DNA of 64,000 bases, from sequence record MZ422438.1, one strand, 5' to 3'. This document shows positions 41,201-51,825 of this stretch, piece by piece. Within the stretch, counting starts at the first letter, position 1; each line of letters opens with the position of its first letter. The position numbers and the translations under genes were made by a program. A model generated the notes under the pieces. The model was not told where the DNA came from and did not search any database. It was given only the letters and a program-made list of their open reading frames with translations.

Positions 41201-41624
41201 TAACAATCCTTAATTGATTTACTAATTCATACTCATATGGAGAAGTATTAGTTATTTTATTTATAGTTCCTGAGATATTATACATTCCAGTAGTTGTATT
41301 TCTACTAAAAGATACATAACTGATACCATTCTTATGAAACATATATATCTTATTATCGATAACTGTAAAATCGATTACTTCCTCATTAATATCAAATGAA
41401 CCTACTTTTTCTCCAGTACCAAAGTCTTTTATAATATCAATTCGATTCTTAATAGAACCGGTAGGATATTTATATAATCTGAATAGTTCTTCTAAATATA
41501 TACACATTGCAGGCATATATCCTGAATTAGCATATGATATAGAATGAAATAAGTCTAACCTATTACGTTTTTGATATTTATCTAATATATTCCCATTCAA
41601 TGTTATAGTCAATACTTTCACCAT
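38226..41624 (-). CDS. Large virion (baseplate/tail) protein (1132 aa)
   Basis: Beta-propeller-like N-terminus; INIDGLTLYPGIDYTI and VYVNNLRI tail-type motifs. Confidence 0.6.
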   Translation of the reverse strand: MVKVLTITLNGNILDKYQKRNRLDLFHSISYANSGYMPAMCIYLEELFRLYKYPTGSIKNRIDIIKDFGTGEKVGSFDINEEVIDFTVIDNKIYMFHKNGISYVSFSRNTTTGMYNISGTINKITNTSPYEYELVNQLRIVNDFIYYSTYQHIILVNTITNTTKVLYTASYFISGFEIIPESNNIDFTIFIGLELKDSFNINIIKSVDNSIVEKVSLSQTDYNDKILSTNNFMIYDSDKSTLYVSSYSGNIYSFKYANNNLTNKTWLANVRNNIDKVVLVKNYIILMDSMNQLVLINTKRNIIENIQLDNYPENIVATNLFVIVNNSSRDTTFYKLEYLPDLSIDYTWIEKRSFNNSTNSKFFLNVHVNLMHSLDIVDKSNYNVSLNYRSNSISRIFPEANQSANMYIPFDDKETVLSELMLPLGNDMIRYTVLNEDLDVRYSNKNIQATPEDIIYKILYKNAYYLNGSIYFRLRYLLSSEYIMTITIDGKTIIINNFKRIEDYYKLTVKIKNMIFSSSESNDDVSSYLINIIGNDNYQRVYYKPDDLPELEEKYYRLQIDELNFTPNKDITFSIFNTNSEQLIETKTFQMDIDPRNVTDILYKNTDNDIRMIEKSLVNELEQGNKTLFIETMGHNSFETKLDNSKIKVTKDPFINNFINDESQYGYIDFTSEYGSYEKKQNSLISDIFINGKHIFRKSIKQQDSLDGKIYAYMPSRFIKEYIDVNDANDVLDGNSSLQDKYEVIVSGNKRKIVESEKTIKTHIIDNTFEDQTNMLGTTGILLTDVALPTGITPSQLRVFIKKKTWNFFRRINPYNYYIKIEPEYNTVRLIVYGSSYMDEGTEIHLLTSGTNSGSLYYNQLDLNEYDIDCLPFATLDDDSNIFTNINSNPEDIDINIDGLTLYPGIDYTIIDPDFESIPSLIVFKSIVPKTSTIEINLLNENSNYIRTFSKPAEGTTDVFSLDDDSVIFIKGTFTVYVNNLRIDSSKVKILNGKSIQIIDYADPLINVMIRFSYDDHTQLKLILDWYKYDKMNLNDNYYHSYYNVRQTSNFDILTGITNDNSRGSIRKLILMDYMRQRGKTIINCNNNDLLSWDISLDSEEINNKYISQNIILDMNPQKIYDPEADIIDPII

Positions 41625-41679
41625 CTTTCTTTTACAATTATAAGGAATCGAGAATAAAATATCCCGATTCCCAATTTAT

Positions 41680-42603
41680 TTAAATAAGACTTGAAAAACT
41701 TGTAAATGTTTTTAGAGAGAATTTACCTAATGTATTTTCGATAATTGCTTCTCGATTAAGGTTAGCGCTTATAGATGATGACATTACCATATGCATAAAT
41801 GCAGGAAGGTAATCAATAGCTAATACAGTAGAGTCTCCATACATTCTTACATAATTCTCTAAATAAGAGCGTACTTGTAATTTCTCTAAACCTTTTATTT
41901 TCTTGAGGTTATCAAAAAGTGTAAAGATGTCTTTATATAGTTCCTTCTCGCTTAGATTAAATCCTTCTTCCATTTCTTTAATTAAAGATAATGAAGAACC
42001 ATTAAAGCAAGCTTTATAGGCAATATCGTCTATTGTATTATTATAATTCTTTTTAGCCATTGCTAATAGATAAAACTTTGATAGAATAAAGGATACAAAG
42101 TCTGATTTAAAATCATTTAGGTTTAATGAAAACATTTTATCAAATATCTTTGAACCTAGTCTAGAATATGCAATAGATGAATTTTTCATTAATTCAGTAT
42201 TACTTGTAAATCGATTCCAATTTCCATTTAATTCATAAGTAATCATTGCTTGTTGCATTAGTCCGAATAATGTTTTTGGTTGGATTTCTCCACCTGCATT
42301 AGTGTATCGTGAAACATCAACTAATACGTCACGTTGATTGTTATATCTTCTTTCAAATACAATCAAGTATGATGGAAATTTATTTGATTTATTTGATATA
42401 GGAATGATTTTTCCAGAGTTATATAACCCAACAACTTTATTTTTAGTAGGATAATTAATTCGTCTATTAATAATATTTATATTTTGATCTAATACATCTT
42501 TAGATAAAACATCTTTACTAGTGTTTATTTTATTAAGTTTTATTTTAAGATCATGCTGAAAATTAGATGTATTGAAAATGGCGGAATCACTTAATTGTAC
42601 CAT
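41680..42603 (-). CDS. Hypothetical, probably virion protein (307 aa)
   Basis: Late-like motif AACA-AATTAA-TA at 42636-42647. Confidence 0.65.
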   Translation of the reverse strand: MVQLSDSAIFNTSNFQHDLKIKLNKINTSKDVLSKDVLDQNINIINRRINYPTKNKVVGLYNSGKIIPISNKSNKFPSYLIVFERRYNNQRDVLVDVSRYTNAGGEIQPKTLFGLMQQAMITYELNGNWNRFTSNTELMKNSSIAYSRLGSKIFDKMFSLNLNDFKSDFVSFILSKFYLLAMAKKNYNNTIDDIAYKACFNGSSLSLIKEMEEGFNLSEKELYKDIFTLFDNLKKIKGLEKLQVRSYLENYVRMYGDSTVLAIDYLPAFMHMVMSSSISANLNREAIIENTLGKFSLKTFTSFSSLI

Positions 42604-42671
42604 TATTTCACTTTCCCTTCAATTAATTTATATGATATTAATTTGTTCAATATATTAACATTTTTTACATT

Positions 42672-42690
42672 TATATATTATAAATTCGTA
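42672..42690 (+). promoter_or_regulatory. Early-promoter-like 19-mer TATATATTATAAATTCGTA
   Basis: Identical to 51262-51280; heads the nuclease/helicase operon. Confidence 0.6.
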
Positions 42691-42753
42691 TAATGGAAAT
42701 ATAATAAAATTTTCAGTTTATCGGTTAAAATATTATTATATTATAAAATAAAT

Positions 42754-43293
42754 GTGATAAGGATGGATTATATTATGAGTGATAAAAAAATGCTTAAAGT
42801 AGGATTTCTTAGCCCAAATGATGATAGGATTCGTTTTAAAGAAGTAGATTTTTCGAATAGTGAATCTTATGATAAAGAAATTGTGAGTGTTATTAGTCCT
42901 ACCGGAAATATTGATGCAGGAATCATGAATCTTAATGAAGATTTAGAAATTCATAACTTCTTAATTTTATTTGATAATGAAATGTCAACAAATAAAGGAG
43001 AATATAATTTTACACATTCAATTAGTCCTCTTTTTGGTGAAGTTGCTTTTGTAAAATTCGGTTATACTGGGGATAATATGGAACCAGTAAGCATGTTAGA
43101 TGATGAAGCTGAGGTTCTCAGTGATATTATTTATCAAGAAAAAACTTCTGATCGAGCAATTGAATTTAAAGAAAAAATTCTTGAAGAAGTAAGAATTTAC
43201 GGTAAAGATGGATTTTTACGTAAATATAATGAAAGTATTGAAGAGGCGCAAAAAATGTATGAAGATAATTTTTCAGAAGAAGAAGAAAAATAA
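42754..43293 (+). CDS. Hypothetical protein (179 aa)
   Basis: ORF track; acidic C-terminus. Confidence 0.7.
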   Translation: MIRMDYIMSDKKMLKVGFLSPNDDRIRFKEVDFSNSESYDKEIVSVISPTGNIDAGIMNLNEDLEIHNFLILFDNEMSTNKGEYNFTHSISPLFGEVAFVKFGYTGDNMEPVSMLDDEAEVLSDIIYQEKTSDRAIEFKEKILEEVRIYGKDGFLRKYNESIEEAQKMYEDNFSEEEEK

Positions 43294-43317
43294 TTAAGAA
43301 TGGATGGTGGATTATAA

Positions 43318-44482
43318 TTGTCTAATATAAACGTAGTTAGTATTGCAGATTTACATTTTGGCTAAGAAAGATGATAGTCGACTAATGAATGAATTAACAA
43401 CAATATTTATTCCACAGATTAAGAATATTCATGAATCTGATAAAATTGATTTGATTGTTATTGCTGGAGATCTATTTGACCGTATTCTTAAGTTTGATGA
43501 AGTTGGTGGAAAATTAGTATTGAATTTTATGCAAGAACTTATTGAATGGACAAATAAAAATAATATTTATTTTCGAATTATTCAGGGAACTAAAACTCAT
43601 GACTATAATCAATTAGCTGTGTTTAGAAAAGCAGAAGTTGATAATTATAATTTTAAAATTTATGAAACGGTATATAATGAAAAATTGACTATCAATGAAA
43701 AAGAATTTAATATTTTATATTTACCTGAAGAATATCCTGAAGATATGAATGATTATTATAAAGAATTCTTTGATGTTCAAGAAAATACGTATGATATGAT
43801 TTTCGGTCATGGAATGATCGATTTTGTAGCTTTCACTGGTTATGAAGATGATACTGAAAAAATTGTAAAGAAAGCACCAGTATTTGTTGCGGATGACTTA
43901 ATTAAAATTACAAAAGGACCAATATGTTTTGGACATATTCACGACTATCATGAATATAAAAAACAAATATATTATTCAGGTTCATTCTCCAGATATTCTC
44001 ATGGCGATACTATGGATAAAGGATATTTATATATTAAGTTAAACAGTGAAGATACTTCTGAATATGAAATTAGTTTCTATGTTAATGAATTAGCTCCAAC
44101 ATATGCCACTATTGATTTAGATAAAATCAAATATGATAATATGGAAGATTTAGCATCATTAATTAATGATAGTCGTGAAGAATATGACTTCATTCGAATT
44201 AAATCAACAAATAATAATGATAGTTCTATTGTAAGAAAAGTTATTGAAAATAGTCCTAATATTAAAGTTACTTTAAAGAATAAGAATAACGAAGAACAAC
44301 AAGTTGATTCTAAATGGAACTTCATTCTTGATAGAGAGCTTGATACTGACGACTCTATAAAGAAATTTATTAAAATTAAATATGATAAAGATATCGATAT
44401 TAGTAAGATTAAAGCAATTCTTAATCCAGAGATTGAAGATATTGATGATATTATTAAGAATATTTATGATAAGAAAAAATAA
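43318..44482 (+). CDS. sbcD: SbcD/Mre11-like metallophosphoesterase nuclease (frameshift near 43360)
   Basis: TTG at 43318 gives SIADLHFG in a frame adjacent to the 43343 ORF; then IAGDLFD, GTKTHD, FGHG, GHIH and YSGSF. Confidence 0.85.
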
Positions 44483-44528
44483 TTAATAATCTTTATTAAG
44501 AAGTGAATTATGAAAGGAATGTTTCATT

Positions 44529-46301
44529 GTGCCATTTATGGATAATAGCGAACGTACAAGAGTCTTTAGATCTAGAATGGATGAATCTTCTCAACAAGAA
44601 TTTCCATTAAAGATTTCCGTATCATACTTATTTAGTTTAGCAAGATATGTGGTATATCCAAGTAAACTTATCACTAGAACTAATTTACGGAATTTAGATA
44701 CATTATTATCAGCAGTCGATATTGATAGATCTTATTTAGAAAATGAAGTAATGGAAAAGAATGCATTTATATTCTTAAGAGAAATTAACCGTGTATTATT
44801 ACATCAACAATCAACAATAGAAACATTGTTTGATTATATTGATGATGAATTAAAAGATAGAGAAATCTCTGAAGATGCTCTTCAAGAATGTGTAAACAAT
44901 ATTGCAATGGTGTTTGATGATAATTTCATTCTTGATGATAGTGAAATATTAAGCTTAACAAACTATGTAGAATCCAGATTAAAGATTATGGCACTATATC
45001 GTCAACGTGATAGAATGGAAGGTATTTTAGAATTAATCAAAATGAATAAATCTCCAAACGAAATTAATACTGAATTTAAAGATTTTGTTACGCAGAATGC
45101 ATTACAATTAAGAAAGATTGAAACGAATAATCGAAGTTCAATGGACGATATTATGTTTAGCAGAGATAATGATCGATCAGTAGATTCACTAGACTCTACT
45201 ATTAGACAATTAAGAAGTCCTAGTAATAAATTATTAACAGGATATAGTAAGTTTAATGAAATGATTAATGGTGGTTTAGAGGATGGTCGACTTTATTTAC
45301 TCTTCGGCGTTCCTAAATCATTTAAGTCTGGTGTTATGTTAAATATTGGAATGTCAGTATGTCATAATAACGCAGGATTTAAGACAAAAGATCCTAATAA
45401 AGAACCAACCGTTGTTTATTTATCTCAAGAAAATACAATTATAGAAACAGTAGAACGATTATATGAATATATTACTGGTACTAGTATTAATGAATCACAA
45501 GCTACTACGCAAGATGTTTTAGAATTAATCATGCAATATACGTATGATTGTACTGGTATTTATTTAAAAATTATGTATAGACCAAATAAAAGTATTGATA
45601 CAAGTTATCTATATAATATTTATGATGAGCTTAATGAAGAAGGTAAAGAATGCATCTTTATGATTCAAGATTATACTCGAAGAATTAGACCTTCTGAAGG
45701 GCAAAATCAAGATATTCGGATACAACTCGGTAATATATCTGATGAGTTCTGTACGTTTGCTAAGGAAAAAGGTATCCCTGTAATGTCGGCGGGACAATTA
45801 AACCGTAATGCAAATGAAATTGTAGAGGATGCTCTTGTTAAGAATCGTTCAGACTTTATTAATAAGTTAGGTCGCCATCATATTGCAGAGTCTGCAATGT
45901 TACTTGAAAATGCTGATTATGGAATTATCATTGGTCGACAAGATTATCTTCCAGAGGGTGAAGACGAAATTAATCGCAAAAGTTATATGTCATTTAAACT
46001 TATTGCTTCTCGTGGGAAAAATAAGGATAAAGATAGCAATATGTTCTCTCAACCTTTTGAAAATGGATTTAAAATTGCAGAAGATATTAATCTAGCTGAA
46101 CCATTAGCAAAATTAAGAATTAATGAACAACAGTCTCAACAAGATATGGAAAATAGTGCTGACGAAGTAATTACTTCAAGAACTCCTAGATATAACAGTA
46201 CTAGTAAATCTAGTAGTATAGTTCCGGGAATCAATACTGGTAAGAGACGAACAAATCTTTCATCAACAGCATTATTACAAGAAGATGATATTCCGTTCTA
46301 A
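44529..46301 (+). CDS. dnaB: DnaB-like replicative helicase
   Basis: LLTGYSKFNEMINGGL, variant Walker A GVPKSFKS, YLSQEN, IQDY, SAGQLNR, IASR. Confidence 0.8.
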   Translation: MPFMDNSERTRVFRSRMDESSQQEFPLKISVSYLFSLARYVVYPSKLITRTNLRNLDTLLSAVDIDRSYLENEVMEKNAFIFLREINRVLLHQQSTIETLFDYIDDELKDREISEDALQECVNNIAMVFDDNFILDDSEILSLTNYVESRLKIMALYRQRDRMEGILELIKMNKSPNEINTEFKDFVTQNALQLRKIETNNRSSMDDIMFSRDNDRSVDSLDSTIRQLRSPSNKLLTGYSKFNEMINGGLEDGRLYLLFGVPKSFKSGVMLNIGMSVCHNNAGFKTKDPNKEPTVVYLSQENTIIETVERLYEYITGTSINESQATTQDVLELIMQYTYDCTGIYLKIMYRPNKSIDTSYLYNIYDELNEEGKECIFMIQDYTRRIRPSEGQNQDIRIQLGNISDEFCTFAKEKGIPVMSAGQLNRNANEIVEDALVKNRSDFINKLGRHHIAESAMLLENADYGIIIGRQDYLPEGEDEINRKSYMSFKLIASRGKNKDKDSNMFSQPFENGFKIAEDINLAEPLAKLRINEQQSQQDMENSADEVITSRTPRYNSTSKSSSIVPGINTGKRRTNLSSTALLQEDDIPF

Positions 46302-46311
46302 ATAATATTAA

Positions 46312-46360
46312 TAACCTAACATCCTTTTTTATAGGGATGTTAGGTTAATTTTTTTTTTTT
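46312..46360. terminator. Bidirectional terminator
   Basis: 13-bp stem taacctaacatcc / ggatgttaggtta plus a T run, between convergent genes. Confidence 0.75.
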
Positions 46361-47189
46361 AGATAGATTCGGCTTTTTGACGTAATTTACTAAAATCGAT
46401 ATTAAACATTTTAAGTGTATTCATACTTTCTAGTATAGTATAAGATATAATAGATTCTACAATTGTCATTTCTGCAATATCTTCTTTTTTAGATTCTGAT
46501 AGATCCATATTTTCCATTACGTATGATAAGCGTTCTTCACTAATTTTCATATATAATGATTTTTCATCTTTAACTTCTACATTATTTTCATTGCATTTAT
46601 CAACAAAGTTTTTGTATTTCTTCTCATAATCAATTACATTGATAACTTTATCTTCAATTACGTTTACTGCAGATTCAATTAATGATTTCTCCTCATCATG
46701 GATAGAAGATACAATATCTCCAACTTGGTCAAATGATAATTTCTCTTCATTTACATAATGACTGACTTTTGTCTTAACAAGACTTAATAAGTCACCAAAG
46801 GCACCATGCTCTTGAATATTGATTGATTTATTTTCTACAATAGTATTAAAAGCATTAATACATTCATTATAAATATAATCAACATTCCCTTGTTTTTGAA
46901 CTTCATCAATAGGAATAGCTCGGTATACAATACTTCCAAATAATGTTGGAGCTACTTCTTCAGCATGTTCATTAATTCGATTTTCCTTTTGAACCATCTT
47001 TTCACGTTCTTCAGCTTCACGCTGAACCGTAATAGACGTTGTTCGTAGTAATTTACTCTTGTTTTCCATATCTAAATTTTCTTGTAATGCTTTTTCTTCT
47101 TCTTTCTTTTTACGGAAATATTCAGTACGTGCATTATTTTCTTCTCTAAGATTTCTTGAACTTTCACCAAAGATACTAAGTCTTGACAT
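46359..47189 (-). CDS. Hypothetical, probably virion protein (276 aa)
   Basis: ORF track; charged helical protein. Confidence 0.65.
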   Translation of the reverse strand: MSRLSIFGESSRNLREENNARTEYFRKKKEEEKALQENLDMENKSKLLRTTSITVQREAEEREKMVQKENRINEHAEEVAPTLFGSIVYRAIPIDEVQKQGNVDYIYNECINAFNTIVENKSINIQEHGAFGDLLSLVKTKVSHYVNEEKLSFDQVGDIVSSIHDEEKSLIESAVNVIEDKVINVIDYEKKYKNFVDKCNENNVEVKDEKSLYMKISEERLSYVMENMDLSESKKEDIAEMTIVESIISYTILESMNTLKMFNIDFSKLRQKAESI

Positions 47190-47220
47190 TAATTTTCACT
47201 CTCCTATAATTTTTGCTATA

Positions 47221-50160
47221 TTAATTTGTTTGATAAGTTATATTAGCTACATGCTCATATTTTTTACCTAGATTGATAGTAGTGACTTTACCATTACTAT
47301 CTGTCGTTTCTACAATATTATCAGAAAGTGTTTTCTTAATATTGATATATTCAGGAACATATTCAATGATTTCTTGTTTTGAGAGATCATTAATATTTCT
47401 TGCATTGTTAAGGATTTTTTGATATTTATTAGATATCTTTTCATCATAATTACCACTTAAACCGTTATATTCAATATAGCTAATGATCGCAAATTCTTCT
47501 TCTAACAATCTTAATAGATTAGATATAGGTACGATTCCATCAGTATTACAGGCTTCAATAAAGTCGGAAATAAATTTCTTAATTGATAAGTCATCATTAT
47601 CATTAACGGCTTCATATGTGTGAATAGTTAAATCAATTAGCATGTCAATGCGAGTAATAAGATCATACTTAACACTATCTCCATCCACTTCAGTATTTAA
47701 GTAATAATATTTAGATGGTTCCCAACTATTATAAAATTTCATATCAATTGTAGTATTATTTTCCAGTTTAGGAATAACATTGCTTAATATAGTGATATAC
47801 GATTCAATTAATGTATATAAATAACTATATTCATATATAAAATATTGTAAACTAATGAGCGGTATCATTTCAACTTTAAAATCCTTATTTGCGTCACTAA
47901 CGTTTGAAGCACCTACTCTAGTTACTGTACTTGTCATAATACTAGAAAGATTACGATATAACTTTACGGTAGAATTAGTAGTTACTGATAATGCCAATAC
48001 ATAATTATCAATATTTCTATTAGCATCTGGAAACTCATCATCAAACAATTCAATTTCATTATTATTCTTTGTACCAACAGTCTTATATGAATTATCTTTA
48101 TAAAGAATTCCGATCTTAATATATAGATCTTCATCAATAAATACATTATCTAGAACATCACCATTTTCATCATATAGCGAGTTTGATAATGATAATAATC
48201 CTTTATTAAATTTACGATTAGTTGATAATTTTGCAGTATAAGTAGACTCTGCTTGTTCTGGATTTTCACGTTCAAATTCAAAGTAACCATACTTCTTATT
48301 AGAGTTTTTTGACATTAAGATACCTCGTACGCAAATACGTTTATCTAAGTCGCCTATCGTTTCATTACTGTTTAGATCAAACTTAATAGTATAAGTATCG
48401 GAATCCAAAGTAGATTCAAAATCATGAATTTTTGTTATATTAAGTTTATTGATAATCATTGTTGTAGGAATTAAGTTATTAAGATAACTGTATGATGTAT
48501 CGAATGTTTCATCAATATCCAGTTTATAATATTTAGCACTTAATACAGGATCAATATCTATTTTAACTAAGAATGGATTAGTATATACAAGCGTATTTTT
48601 ATCATTAATAGATTTTTTAATATCATCAGTATATCCATCGGGAAGATGTTTATATTTTTTATCAATATAATCATACTGAATTAATGAATGTTCCGGAATT
48701 ACATATCCATTAATATCGTCACCTAACAGTTGATCTGTAAAATATTTCTTAGAGAAAGTTACACTACTTGCAGTATTTGTAGGAATAACCTTTTTATCAT
48801 TATCACGTAATAATAAAAATGCATTATATAAACGCTGAAGAACATCATTTCGCTTTTTCATAAAGTTTATTGATGAGTCATTTAAGCTTGATGCTCGATC
48901 AATATTTCGGAAATAGATATCTAAGTCAGTATCCATAATTAAATTATCTCTACCGAGAGCAGTTTCAATAATTTTGTCTTTCATACCGCTAGTACTTAGT
49001 TTATCATTACCTCCTGAAGCAGAGGTAATAGGAACTACTGTTGTGAGCATCTTTGAAAAGTTATTACTTGCTGAATTAGTAAAGTTAAATAATACTTCTC
49101 CATCAAAAGTAAAGTTTCCTTCAGAACCTTTTGTAGTTAATATCTCAATGGTTATCTTACTATTATATCTAGGTCTAAAGTTATTAACTAATGAAGAAAA
49201 AGATATCTGTAATTTATTATCATCAACAAACGTATAATAACAGAATTTCTCATCAGGATTAGAAGGATTAAAGGTATTATTAAAGTATGCGTTTAATTTT
49301 ACTTTTTCGCCCATATACGTATAATATATATTGAATCCTGCCAATTGATCGTCAAACTCTGCAGTATAGAATAAATTATCACTAATATCTTCAGACAATA
49401 TATCAAAGTCAAAAGAACTACTTTGAACTTGGTAAATATCTAAATTTAGATACATATACTTTTCACCATCAAAGATAGATTGATAAACTTTTATCTCAGG
49501 AATACTAAGTTCAATATATGGGAATGTACTTACTTCATCAATAAGATATCTAGCTGTAATCGTATAATCATTATTCTGATTTTGTTTCATTAATATTTGT
49601 ACGTCATAAGGTAACTGGAATTTAAATTTACCCACAGAAAATTCAAATTCTCGATCTAATATGATCTGATAAGTTTTAAGAGCTTTAACTTTGATATATT
49701 GATCTTCGATAATTTCTTCCCTTAATGGAGAATTTATTAAATCCTCTTTACGTATAACCATATTAACTAACATATGAGAAGGGTTTGATAGTACTAATGG
49801 TACGTTATATAATTTTGCATAATTGAAGATACTATCTGGGAATGATGCACTATTTAAGAAGTGTTCATCATACAGTACATTACGATTATATACCGAGTTT
49901 TTAACCTCATGGGCTGCAATTTCATTAAAGTATCCAAAGAAACCAGTTTTTAATAAGTTTAATGCAGCATTATTTCCTTCAGAACCAGTAGCAATATTTG
50001 TATCATCAATATTAAAATATGTGCTTGCCATTTTAAGCCAATGTTCATGTACGTCATATGACGTTTGATTTACTTTAACTACTGAACTTGTATCTTCTTT
50101 AGCATTCTTCATAAAAGAAGGTACATCTGTTATATCGTTTGGATTATTTTTATTTGCCAT
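47221..50160 (-). CDS. Baseplate wedge-like protein (979 aa)
   Basis: ITSASGGNDK motif and LTTKGSEGNF, typical of baseplate wedge/J-like proteins. Confidence 0.6.
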   Translation of the reverse strand: MANKNNPNDITDVPSFMKNAKEDTSSVVKVNQTSYDVHEHWLKMASTYFNIDDTNIATGSEGNNAALNLLKTGFFGYFNEIAAHEVKNSVYNRNVLYDEHFLNSASFPDSIFNYAKLYNVPLVLSNPSHMLVNMVIRKEDLINSPLREEIIEDQYIKVKALKTYQIILDREFEFSVGKFKFQLPYDVQILMKQNQNNDYTITARYLIDEVSTFPYIELSIPEIKVYQSIFDGEKYMYLNLDIYQVQSSSFDFDILSEDISDNLFYTAEFDDQLAGFNIYYTYMGEKVKLNAYFNNTFNPSNPDEKFCYYTFVDDNKLQISFSSLVNNFRPRYNSKITIEILTTKGSEGNFTFDGEVLFNFTNSASNNFSKMLTTVVPITSASGGNDKLSTSGMKDKIIETALGRDNLIMDTDLDIYFRNIDRASSLNDSSINFMKKRNDVLQRLYNAFLLLRDNDKKVIPTNTASSVTFSKKYFTDQLLGDDINGYVIPEHSLIQYDYIDKKYKHLPDGYTDDIKKSINDKNTLVYTNPFLVKIDIDPVLSAKYYKLDIDETFDTSYSYLNNLIPTTMIINKLNITKIHDFESTLDSDTYTIKFDLNSNETIGDLDKRICVRGILMSKNSNKKYGYFEFERENPEQAESTYTAKLSTNRKFNKGLLSLSNSLYDENGDVLDNVFIDEDLYIKIGILYKDNSYKTVGTKNNNEIELFDDEFPDANRNIDNYVLALSVTTNSTVKLYRNLSSIMTSTVTRVGASNVSDANKDFKVEMIPLISLQYFIYEYSYLYTLIESYITILSNVIPKLENNTTIDMKFYNSWEPSKYYYLNTEVDGDSVKYDLITRIDMLIDLTIHTYEAVNDNDDLSIKKFISDFIEACNTDGIVPISNLLRLLEEEFAIISYIEYNGLSGNYDEKISNKYQKILNNARNINDLSKQEIIEYVPEYINIKKTLSDNIVETTDSNGKVTTINLGKKYEHVANITYQTN

Positions 50161-50183
50161 TTATTCTCACGCCCAATCACTAT

Positions 50184-51194
50184 TTAATTATCCAATACAA
50201 ATTTGAGTTTATATTTTTTCTTTTCATTATCACCATAGTTTTCAAGAACTACTGCAGGTCTATCTAATTTTGTTAGGTCTAAGTCTGTAAAAAAGTCATT
50301 ATATTTCTTAGCAGATCCTGGAGAAGTACTATATATAATACTTTCTGAATCTTTACTAGACGCTAATACTGGAGAGTCTAATGATACTGAATTAAAGTCC
50401 ATTAATATTGCGGGATCCATATCTTCTTTATATGAATAAGCATAGTTAAAACTTAACTGAGCGATATCTTTTGAAGCTCCAATATCACTATTCATTACGT
50501 CATATGGAACATTTGTTGGTGAACATCCAGTGTATTTAGTATAGTATAATATCGTTTCCATAACAAAATCTAATAAAAAGTAATATATGGAACTTGTATA
50601 ATCAATATATCGATTCATAAATACTTGTGGATTAGGTTTCATTTGTCCTCTAGATACTGCTTCAATATAGTCAGTCCATAATTTATGAATCTGTAGTATT
50701 GTACTATTTTTATCTTCTTCAAAAGTAACGCTAGTTTCATCAGCTACTACACTATTAATAAATGGTCCAGGAAGTAATTGCTTGTGACCATAAAACGTTT
50801 CATTAACTTCTTTAGTAATAGTAGATATTCCTTTAAGTGACATGTTAATAAATCTATTAGTTAACGGTTTTATGAAAGAACTATTTGAACCATATATAGA
50901 TCCTCCGCCAGTCTTACTGGTTGCGTTCCCACCATAATTAAGCATATTTAATATTTCAGGGCGATTATCCCTCATATATTGAAAAAAAGAATTCACATTT
51001 ATATTTTAATCCGTTAAGTTAAGTTTTGGAGTAGTAACAAATACCATAGGGAATGCTTTAACCATCGGTTCATTTCTTAAGCTATTTTCCAATCTATATG
51101 GATTAAAATATTTATTCTCATTTATATTATAATTCCCTATAATCTTTTTTCTAATTTTCGTCTGACTTTGACAAAAGTTTTCACCAACTTTCAT
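50184..51194 (-). CDS. Tail tube/baseplate-fold protein (336 codons with an internal TAA at 51006-51008)
   Basis: ORFs 51006..51194 and 50184..50996 are in frame: NLTD*NINVNSFF. YTGCSPTNVP is tube-like. Confidence 0.55.
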
Positions 51195-51261
51195 ATTAAG
51201 ATCCTAGTATGTTATAAATTATTGTTAATGTATGCATGAAAATATTAATTTATATTTTATT

Positions 51262-51280
51262 TATATATTATAAATTCGTA
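51262..51280 (+). promoter_or_regulatory. Early-promoter-like 19-mer
   Basis: TATATATTATAAATTCGTA, identical to 42672; no substantial ORF downstream before the terminator. Confidence 0.55.
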
Positions 51281-51673
51281 ATAGATATAGTGATCATCCT
51301 TATAGAGTAAGTTTAATAATTAATATTAAGAAAAATGATTTATATTACTGTCCATATTAAATAAAATATGACCTCACACCAGTAATATAAATTCTGTAAA
51401 ATTATTTGGCTTAACTCTATCAGCGCTATATAAATTGAAATCATGCATATCGGAGAATATTAAATAATTCTTAGGGTTAGTCGATACAGTGAGAAACTAT
51501 ATCTATTAAAAAATATTATTGTCTTACATGGGGGCGTTCTTATGTGCTATATGATTGAATAAAAAGAAAAAATATGATTTAGAAAAAACAGTAATAATAC
51601 TTCTTAGTATTATTAATAAGATCCTATACTGAATAAAATTGAGGTATATGAAAGCGCTCATAGGATTATTTAT

Positions 51674-51750
51674 TAAAGATTATTAGAGTCACATTTCAAT
51701 TAATTGATCTGTGACTCTAATAATCTTTATTTAATTTTTTTTTTTTATAA
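51674..51750 (+). terminator. Strong intrinsic terminator
   Basis: 20-bp perfect stem 51674-51693/51710-51729 followed by a T run. Confidence 0.8.
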
Positions 51751-51825
51751 CGCTTCCTATGATAAAACAATAAAATATAAAGTAATATTAATTAGGTCAT
51801 CTAAATTGAAAAGGAGAGAGCGTAA

